Source: Paraspadella gotoi (taxonomy: Eukaryota; Animalia; Chaetognatha). Taken from it: DNA of 64,000 nt. Position 1 is the stretch's first letter; the number at the start of each line of letters is the position of its first letter. Location of the stretch: positions 9,250,718 through 9,314,717 of the forward strand of contig CM119268.1 of the NCBI GenBank assembly GCA_051294375.1, read 5' to 3'. Position numbers and translations under genes: made by a program. This document shows positions 1 to 9,693 of the stretch, piece after piece. Below the pieces are notes generated by a model. It was given only the letters and a program-made list of their open reading frames with translations, had not been told where the DNA came from and made no database searches.

Positions 1-290
1 CTACGAATTGCATCTCTCCGATGATCAGGTTGATTTCGCTGTAGAAATTTTAAAAATTAGGATAATCAATATCATGTACATGAAATGGTTCAAGGTTAAA
101 TAAATTGTTCATTCAGTAATTAACTAATCATTTTTATGGTAAAATTATTCAAAAAGTAAAATAAGTAAACTCAAGTTTTTTCCATTTCTTTTCTCAGGTC
201 GAGGGGGCAATCGCGAAATGCTCTAACGGTCTCCACGTTGACGTAGATCCATTGCTGAGGATTCTCGCAATGGACACCACCTTCGTGTGA
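1..290 (+). CDS. 3' end of an unidentified spliced gene (exons ..28 and 198-290; ...YELHLSDDQ/VEGAIAKCSNGLHVDVDPLLRILAMDTTFV*)
   Basis: CAG|GTTGAT donor at 28/29, polypyrimidine TTCTCAG acceptor at 197, in-frame ORF to TGA 288-290; no family recognised. Confidence 0.45.
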
Positions 291-1069
291 CGTTCGAACC
301 CGAAGCCTCTCGAAAAAACTGACGGAATAGAAAAAGCTCTCGGTGTAACTGTAATTGCAGCGCCTCTAATCTTTGTGACTTGTCTTTCTCTGACGCCGTT
401 TATGGTTTTTTTTTTTCTCTCTGACACGGAGCAATGAGCGAAATATTTTGATTTATTAAATATAATATCACGATGTTATGACGGTATACTTTTCGAATAT
501 TTGTAAAAAATGTTTTAATTCGTTGTTTGATCCCCACAAATTGAATTGTTGTAAATTCATATTACAATCGTTTTACATTTGTACCTCACAAAAAAGTACC
601 GATTGGGTAAAACACATTTTCTTTCTACTTGAACGAGAGGAATACAGTGTTCCAGATTCAGAATTTAACTTCCAGTAAAAAAAAAATCTAGAATGAAATT
701 TGTTTGGATGATGATTTATAATGATTACGGAAGAAACATCAACGCCATGCCCGCCATAAGCAGACAGATGCTCGGACTGAGATTAGGACATAGGCAATAG
801 GCATGGCGTTAAAATTGACATCATATAGAAATATCAAATTTTTTAACCAAATTTTTACTCCTCTGAGTACTTCTAGAGATAGTTTAAAATAATGGTAGTT
901 AGTGCCGTTAGTGCGGGGAAAATTATACATTCACCGTTTAAGATCTTCCCAGTGGGTTATTTTTTTCTGCACTAACGTAAAAAAATTTATTCCGCGAAAA
1001 AAAAACAATGTGAAGAGACAGATATAATTGTTAGTGACATAACTGCTATGGCTATGCCTATGCGGCCAA

Positions 1070-1440
1070 CAGGTTAGATCCCCGGACCTTTGGGTTGGAA
1101 GGCGAATGACTGGCCTCCTTCACCAATGGCCACTGATGAAGGGTTGGAGGATTTTACTCCACCATAAATCCCCCCTCCCCAAGGGAGAAGTCTGTTGCGT
1201 GAAACGTGAAACGTTGGTGGAAAGTTCTTCACCAACTTGAGGCACATCGCCTGAAGATGTGTTATTAACGGAATGCATGTCGCCAAGATGAGGCATGTCG
1301 TCTGAGAGTGTTGTTTCTGTTATGATCGGAGGTTGAGCTCACCAATGAATAGTTGAGTGAGTGACAGAACCATTCAATAGAGGCGCCTTTATGCAGGTCC
1401 CTGAGCTTTGGATCAGGCTGTAACACCGTGTTACAGGCGT
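1070..1440 (-). mobile_element. Truncated non-autonomous LTR element fragment (PPT plus start of a 3' LTR with a tRNA-like cassette)
   Basis: On minus strand: GGGGAGGGGGGA (1180-1169), then TATGGTGGAGTAA, A-box-like TGGTGAAGGAGG (1125-1114), CATTCGCCTTCCAA and degenerate B box GGATCTAACC (1081-1072); same order as the element at 2464-3191; boundaries approximate. Confidence 0.5.
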
Positions 1441-2433
1441 AGTTTTTCAGTATTTTTTTAAAAAACGCTAAAAGATCCGGGTCAGCGGAGGAAAAATTTT
1501 GCCCTCATTTATCCTGGATGACCCGCTAGGCGAAAGTAAAATTTTTCCATAACTTTTTTTAAGAGATGCAGATGGTTTAATCTTTCTTGCTTCAAGTCTT
1601 CAATCAACTCAAGTTGCGGCGAAGGAGAAAAACTAGAGACTGAATGTCTTTTGTTATTATATAGCGACAATAATTATAACTAATTTACGACTTAGTTACT
1701 TGCCTTTGATAAAACACAAAAACACTTTACAATTGAGTGCTGTGTCAAATTGTTAAAGTAAATTATTCATTTGAAAGAACCACTAAAAAGATATGTTGAT
1801 ACAGTTTCTTCTGGTATCTCTATTATCTTATTTATTTGTATTTTTATTGACACGGTGCGCAGTTCAAATGAGGGAGAATTTTTGTTTTGACAATCCATAA
1901 AAAAATTTAGGTGTTATTAAATTTATAGTTTACCTTTCGTTTTGTTGGTTAAATTTAGATAAGATATTTCACAACGAGTTTTTATTATTATTACAGACAT
2001 GTTTTGAATAGTATTTCTATACATCATCAGTATAAAGCAATTTGTGATTTACAAGTTTTAGGCTTCACCTGGAGGATGGCGGCGTCCCAGATCCAGCCCC
2101 AAAGCAGGCAAGAAGGGGACCAGGCCCACCTCCTCAGCAGAGGAGAGGAGGGTCGGCTGTAGGGGTGACAGGTCTTGTTGACATAAGGGTCGCGTTGGGC
2201 CTCATCCCTGACAGCTCCCGGTCTCAAACCAATTGACCATCCCTAATCTGCCACTGCCCCTCATCTGACGGCCCGTCTCACTTTGAGCTTCTTTTTTTAA
2301 CTTTCTCTTTTTCAACTGACAAATTTCACTTTCCTTTCACTAATCAAACTAAAACTAATTTATTTAAATTATTTATTGTTGTTATTCTTTCAATGTTAAT
2401 ATTGCAATGTAAATTTTGAAACTAATTTCTGTA

Positions 2434-3894
2434 CAGAAGGCTTCATATTATAAAATGTGGTACTATGGCAACGGAGGATAGCCTGTGATACCCGGGGCGC
2501 GGGGTATCTCACCAACTGGCGTAGGGGCTGCGGACCCTCAGTGACCGCCTCCTGTCACTGGCATGTTTATACCGGCACCGTCACATTTAAGCCAGAACCG
2601 GGATTCCCAGGGATTGAACCCGGGACGCACGGATGGAATGAGATGATTTAGCCTGCTCAGCCATTGAGACGAGGCTGAGGACGGACAGCAGTGAGGCAGC
2701 TTTAAGTCTTACTGCCACAGGATCCCCCCACCAGATTTCTCCACAGGGGCCTCAATCCTGAGGAGATGTCTGAGAGAAGGTTTTGATCTCATTGCCATAG
2801 TGAGAGCGAGCGGGCGAGCGAGTCTGGAGTGTTACCAGAGAAGTAGGGCATAGTCGTGATATGCATACCCTAAGCGACGTTAGCGTGGGCGCATGGTGCG
2901 CAGCGGTTGCGTGTTCGAGAGTAGGGCTCACCACTTATGGCAACGGGAGGATAGACTGTGATACCCGGGCGCGGGGTATCTCACCAACTGGCGTAGGGGC
3001 TGCGGACCCTCAGTGACCGCCTCCTGTTACTGGCATGTTTATACCGGCACCGTCACATTTAAGTCAGAACCGGGATTCCCAGGGATTGAACCCGGGACGC
3101 ACGGATGGAATGAGATGATTTAGCCTGCTCAGCCATTGAGACGAGGCTGAGGACGGACAGCAGTGAGGCAGCTTTAAGTCTTACTGCCACAGTACCCCTT
3201 TTTTGTGACCAGAATCTGTTGCCACCAAAATACTTGATCGAATTTTATGAAATTTTACATATACAGTCCTAATGACGATATAAATGGAACTATCGAGTCG
3301 AATTTTGATATTCAACCCCTGACAAGAGATACAGGGTCCTGGGGCTGGACCCCTGGGGGGCCAAAAAAGGCTAAATTTTTTTTTTTATATTTTAATATTT
3401 TTTAGTAGCATCAGGTGCATTGACGTCTTAAACATAGAAAAAAAACATTTTAGAACTAAAATTGATAAATTTTCAATAATTAAGCATTGTTTGAAGATGC
3501 ATGGCTCATCATTTTACTTCCAATTTTCCAAAATTATTCCTAATCTGACTTGATCAGCTAATGTTCATGAAGATGAAAATTAAGGTAAACTAACATTTTT
3601 GAGGTAATAAATAGGTTTTATGGAAGAGTAAACGTCTGTGCAACTGTTCAAAACAAAAATATTTGAAAAATTGTAAAAAAAGTTTTGACCATTTTTTGCC
3701 CCCAATGGGTGACTCCCCAGAGGGCCCATATCTCGGCTCAGGGGTCAATTATTGAAATTCGCCTCGATATTTCTATTTGTATTTACATAGGGATCGTTCA
3801 TTTCAAATTTCAATAAATTGGGTCCAGTAGTTTTCTCGGAACGTGTTCTGGTCACAAAAAAGGGGTACCACATTTTATAATATGAATCCTTCTG
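2434..3894. mobile_element. TA-flanked MITE (Tc1/mariner-like target site) with long TIRs, interrupted by a nested LTR element
   Basis: TA|CAGAAGGCTTCATATTATAAAATGTGGTAC[insert]CCCTTTTTTGTGACCAGAA is the near-perfect reverse complement of TTCTGGTCACAAAAAAGGGGTACCACATTTTATAATATGAATCCTTCTG|TA; second family member at 62107-62965. Confidence 0.85.
2464..3191 (-). mobile_element. Non-autonomous miniature LTR retrotransposon (TRIM) with tRNA-like Pol III cassette in its LTRs
   Basis: Two 256-bp direct repeats (2464-2719, 2936-3191; about 5 differences) with TGTGGCA...TGCCATA ends; 4-bp TSD GTAC (2460-2463, 3192-3195); minus-strand PBS-like TGGTGAGCCC after the 5' LTR; PPT-like GGTGGGGGA before the 3' LTR; A box TGGCTGAGCAGG and B box GGTTCAATCC in each LTR. 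Confidence 0.88.
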
Positions 3895-4118
3895 TATTGC
3901 CTTTTCTACTTTGACCTTTCATTTTCTTTTTCCCTCCTGTATCCTTCATTCTGACCTAAAACTTCAGCTTTCCTCACCCTCTATTTGTCAACTTTTCCCT
4001 GAACCCTTTGTTGGAAGCTTTATCTTTCTTTCTCTCTCTCTCTTTCTCTCTTATTCTCTGTGTCTCTCTCTCAAAATCTTCTTTAGCATTGCCTAAAACA
4101 TGTGAATCTCAAACTGCT

Positions 4119-4163
4119 TTACACAGATGATGAATAGAAATACTATTCGAAACATGTCTGTAA
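4119..4163 (+). ncRNA. Minimal type I hammerhead-ribozyme-like motif (core variant), probably a Penelope-like element relic
   Basis: TTACA-CAGATGA-T-GAATAG aaata CTATTC-GAAA-CATGTC-TGTAA: 5-bp stem I, 6-bp stem II, palindromic mini stem III, GUC site; core CAGAUGA instead of CUGAUGA. Confidence 0.6.
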
Positions 4164-5016
4164 TAATATTTTCTCTTATCTAAATCTGGAAAAAAACGAA
4201 AGAGACAGGTTGCCAGGTTAAGCCGAATTTCTTTTTTGTCTTGATATTTTTAAAATGAGATTCAGCTTTGCCCCTCATAATTAAATGCGTCTTTGCTCTA
4301 AGTTCTTTTTAACCTTAAAAATTGAATTGATTTTCGAACCGATCTTTAGTAGAAAATAAAATAAGTGGATGAAAGTTTATTAAATAAATATTAAGCAATT
4401 AACCTTATAAAAGTTTTAATAAAACAACCTTATTTAGAATTGTAAAAAAAAACTGACTAATTGTAATAGAAATTTATAAACTATCAAATTTGTTGTGTCA
4501 CTAAGAAAAAAAAAACGACAGTAAAATCTAAGATTTATTTAAATCAACACTAATATAAGGTAATTTTTTTTAAATTTCTCAAACAGCCAAAAATTAAAAA
4601 TAAGCATCAGTTTAAAAAAACTGACGAAAATCCTAAGCTAAAGTGAAGACCAAGATATTCAAACCTGGGTTATAAAATGTCAAGTCATTTATAATTAATG
4701 ATTTTAACTAATTAAAGTAATTTTAGTTTATTTCGACCCAACCTATAAGTTTTAACCCTTCTAATTAGGTAAACCTTGTTGCTAATGTGAATGAAACATG
4801 ATTCCAGAATTAAGTTTCTACATGCATATGAAAGGTGCTCTTAAGAAATAAAATATTAAACATTGACTTAAAAATAACTGGTATACTGTATAAATTGAAA
4901 TAAATAAACGAAACGGGGAAGGGAGGAAAAAGTATCTTAAACAGATGAAAAATAATTTTAAGAATGGAGATGGAAATTTTCGGAGTTCGGACTAAAGTCG
5001 GACCACAACTCTTTTA

Positions 5017-6358
5017 CTAAGTTTCTTTTCCATGAGCTGCGACAGAACTTGTCTGGGCATGGCTGGAATTCGACGACGAAGAAGACGCCATCGATGGAGG
5101 AGTGGGGGTGTTGGATTTCGACGATTCAGACGAACCTGCAGCAAAAAATTATTTTTTCATATTTTGGGATATTCGTGCACGATATCATTATCATTTTCCA
5201 GATTCCCTTCCAGAAAACTGAACGAGCACAGTCGCCAAATCTTTAATATAAATTGAATATATTAACGAATTTAATAAAATATTTTTTTTTTTTACGAATT
5301 GGAGAGTTTTCTTTTAAGCCCCCTTTTTATGTAATAGTAGTGGGTTGTTGAGTTTCTTGTTCGTACAATACAATGTATAAAGCTTAGCTGTCAAGAATAA
5401 TACCACTCATTCAGCAAATACAATTATTTGGTTTCACTATCACTTATCCATGAAATTCAAAGAAAAAATACACAGACTTTTCAGATTGTTTATGTAAGTC
5501 CTTCATCAAAAATCAGATCGAGTTAACAAAGATACAATTTTTAAAAAAAGTATAGTATTATCAGCCAATGCTTTTACTGAATAAATACGACGACAAAACA
5601 ACCACGCTATAGCGATAAAAAATATTAAAAACAAGAATAGGGAAAATGGCTTTTAGAAAGGAGAGTAAATATAAAAATTATTATGAAGATCGAGTCTGCT
5701 GAGGCATAAAATTGGGAGAAACGCATTTTCGTTTTCGGCCCAACCTACCAGGGGAAGATCCGCTGGGATCGCCCGCTTCACCGGCCGACGCAGCCGACTC
5801 TCTTTTCTCTTGATCCCGGTAGAACTTTTCCACGATCTTGCGAACATGGTTCAGCGCTTGACCCTCTTTGCCGCGAACGTCGCTCGTGCCGTAGGGGGCA
5901 GCTATGGTGACCTGACCCATGATAAGGATCTCCTTGTTTTCCTTGCCACCCCACTTGATCTCGTCGATGGTCTTGGCGATGGTGTTGTAGAGACGCTGGC
6001 CGGTTGGAGAGACTCCGACGCCGACAGAGTTGACGGCGCGTTGCTTCTCTTGAAGGGCCGACTGGGCGCGGCTCATAAGCTTCGCGTAGTTGAGATTAGA
6101 TAGCGGCGGCGGCGGGTCCGTCGCTTCCTTGATAACTTGGCACGAACTCACCATGTTCATGTTGACAAGGTTAATGTCCAGCGTTCCTGGTTTTCCGGTC
6201 GCCGAAGGGTTCTTAATAGAGAGCATCTTGGTCTGCCGATCGAAAGCCATGACTTCCCCCTGGAGCATCTGGCCGAAGCATGTCGTACACGAGACGACGC
6301 TGCCGACCGCGAAGAACTCCGTGCTTTCGAAATTCATGTTCTCGATGAGCATCCTCAT
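5017..6358 (-). CDS. LSM12: LSM12 homologue (LSm plus anticodon-binding-like domain); exons 6358-5749 and 5135-5017
   Basis: FAVGSVVSCTTCFGQMLQGEVMAFDRQTKML...VGVSPTGQRLYNTIAKTI...ALNHVRKIVEK match LSM12; phase-1 donor G|GTAGGT and acceptor TGCAG|GT join in frame. Confidence 0.9.
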
Positions 6359-9300
6359 GTGAATGCGGAAATTCTAGTCCAAATTGCGCGTAAACCACGA
6401 CGTAAGTTCTTGGTTCAAGATGTAAGCGTGCGACCGTGCGTGCTCCGGCTCGCGGTGACGTTAACCGGAAAGGATCTGAGAATGAGAATTACTAGATTAG
6501 TATTTGAATGACAGAAACAAAAATAATAGGGGCAAGATAAGGATATATTGGATGTACTAATTTCATATTATAATCTATAATAAAAAATATTGAGAACAGT
6601 AAAAATTTCGAAAAATTATTAAAAATATAAATAGAGAAAATTCAAGGAAACAAACGAGAGCAAGACGTTTAAATTTAATAATAGAGTAAAATAAAAAAAA
6701 AGTTTCGAAATTTTGAGAAAGATAGAATTGATCAATCAATTGATATGAGATTTACGCGTTGAGCTGGGTAGTAGTCACTAGTCACTAGTCAGTCAAACAA
6801 CTACAGATATTTTCCAAATCTCGTTAGCAACCTAAGAAGGGGCGTCGGACAACGAACGAGTCCCGGAGAAAAGAAACAACAGTTGAAAACGACAGTCCGA
6901 ATCTCCGTAGGCTTCCTTCCTCGAGTCGCGTTGGTCACTCCCGCATGTGCGTCAATTGTTGTCGGTTGTGTCGGCGCCCAACATCTTGGCCTCAATTCTG
7001 GCCATACTCGTTCGAATCACGTGACGTTTCCTCAATTTTCATCGAGGCTCAACATCCGGGGACTCGTCGATGCTCTTTTGTCGGCCATTTCAATTCCGAT
7101 TTACCTTACTTTTTTTAATGATTAATATTAATTACCAACGAATTTAAGAGGAGAAATACATTTTGTATATTGACTTGGTTCAATAAAATATTAAATTTAT
7201 ATATTTCTCTATTTCTCTAGTCGGTATATAAAGAATCGAATTGAAAGAATAGAGGGGATTTGGAAGCGGACTGGTCGGCGCTTTTGTTCGTCCACTTTCC
7301 ACATGCGCCTCATCGTCGTCGTTGTCGTCGTCGCCGTGGTCGTGGTCTCTCCAGAACGAGGCTTCACTTCTCTCGGCCCGATGCACGCTGCCTCAGAAAT
7401 AAAATGCCGAAATCGCGAAATTTTCCCTGAATTCAAAGGCAACATGAAGACGATTCCGTGAATTTCAACGTGATTCAACCCATTGCGTCCTTCGTTCAAA
7501 TATTTTCGAGGTAAGGTCTCGATTTCTGCATCTTGCATGGGTCGCATGTTTTTGGCGGCAAGAACGATCACGTTTCTTTGTTAGGACGGACAACTGTTTT
7601 TCAACATTGGTTCTGAATCTGATAGTTCCGAAACTTGATTTTTTTTTTTTTTTTATTCATTTTTATTTGTCGGTCTTTTTCCTTTCAGAAAGAAAAAAAA
7701 AGTTTTTTTTATTTTTTTGAACGGCGATATTTTATTCAGTATAATTTTGTTTGTATTGTTTTTCTCTCCCCAATTTAGATGATCTGAGTGAAATGTATTA
7801 ACGTCACATACAGGCCTGAGCGCCCCGGCTGGAAGTCTTTCTTGTGGTATGTAAAATTCCTAAATTATATTCTAGGTTCGGACAGTGGCATTGTATTTTA
7901 CAAAATTGTTATAAACTAGGTTAAAAATTATTATAGATAATTAAAGATATTAATTGAAAGTTAAAAACGAAAAGATGCTCTAAAAGTTTAATAGTTAAGT
8001 CATGCTTCGTTAAATGTTTCTTTGAATATCTTAAGTATTATCGTTGACTTAATTTTCATTTTTATTGCAGTCAAACGTGACATCAAATGATTATAGTTTT
8101 CATTCTCTTCCGTAAACGACTTATAAACAATGTGAAAATCGTCGATTCACGATTCGCTTCGATTTCCTTCTTGGATCTCTTTCACGTTCGCATCGTATTA
8201 TCTCGTTCGCTTGCTCATACAAGCTCCTCGATCGACGGCCGCCCTTAACTCAATCTTTGGGCCACAAAGCTCGGAACTCATGAGCAACCTTATCATCTCT
8301 CCGAACGATTAAGTCCAATTTCCTTCAATAACTCTCTGCGTGATCGCTTTTTCTCCCAAAGTAAATAGCTTCTAAAATCGAGCCTAATTCTTCGTTCTAC
8401 AAATGAAAATGGTCTCTACACAATTCGTCCACGATTAGAATGCGTAGCTGACATTAGAAACGCTTTTCCGAATTTTTTTTCGCCGAGCGCCTCGTCTGCT
8501 TGTTAAATTTATTCTGAGAACTTCGTACACCTACGTAAAGCGACATGAAACTTATGGACTAATGCCTGATGCTCTTGACTTTGAATGGAACAAATGCCCA
8601 AATTGTTAAAACGCTTCGAAAATTGGAAGTCTTAAATAGTTCATACTCAAACGTCACGCTAAAGGCTTTGGGAATAACTCTTTGCTCAAATTGGTTCTGT
8701 TAAACCAATGCGCGAAAAATTCCAAATTTCCTCAGTGCCAAAAAGATATATAACGGAAACAAAAGTACGCAAATCTGTCCGCACATTTTCTTGCAACTAA
8801 TATGTGATCGAATAAAGAGAACATAGAGGGATTGACGATAAATTTGACGTGCCGTCATAAAAAGACAGTGATACTCAAAACTGATGACTATATTTCGGGA
8901 TTGTCCATATTATCTTATGAACGCAATCTATAAAAAATAGACTCGGCTGAAAAAGCTCCGCATATTTGAAACACAGCATCACTATTGCAGTTACAACAAG
9001 TAATTTCGTTGAAAGGCACCATCTTGCTGCAAATTTCGGACGCTTTAAGTTCTATTCAGAAAAGAACAATACCTGTAAAATTATTGCCTTCCTTGTGCTG
9101 AAACGTCTGTACGTCCATTTAAGCAGCCATTCTACTTTTTTCATCTTTTTTTTCTGTATATAAGGTTTCTCACTTGATTAAGTCCAGTCTTAATTTTTTT
9201 TTCTTGTTCGTTACCACCGTTCTTTCCCTGTGCAAGATTTTTCGAGCTGTTATTTTTTTTCACAACTTGTCACTTGGCAACTACTCGACTCATATCAGGC

Positions 9301-9693
9301 TTATTAATAAGATCGTCGCATGCCACCCATGCTAGATTTGTTTAAGAGGTCAATAACTGTTCAGAGTTTATAAGTTATATAAAAGGTTTTAGTTTCCATG
9401 AGCGCAGTTTCTTCTTATTCATATTCCATTTTGTCGCCTACACTTGAATTATAATCGTGAAAATCAAAGGATCAGCATGAAAGAGGAATAATAAACGGTG
9501 AGTTGCTCATTCGATCTGGGGGAATGTTCAACTATAGTTGCTTTAAAGATGAAAACAATTTTCTAAAATCTAAAATATTTAAAAAAATATTTTACATATG
9601 GACCCTTTATTCCAATTGCATTCAATTTTTTTTTTTGTTAGGACCGGTTCAAATTGTCTCAGGGGGCAAAAAACGAATAGTATCGATGTGGTC

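Noticed and set aside
1128-1220. CTGATGA...GAAAC as a hammerhead (retrozyme-like)
   Set aside because: No closing stem II next to GAAA and no valid stem I/NUH geometry
2580-2680. Possible true tRNA gene (A and B boxes)
   Set aside because: No convincing acceptor stem or oligo-T terminator; it is part of a duplicated LTR
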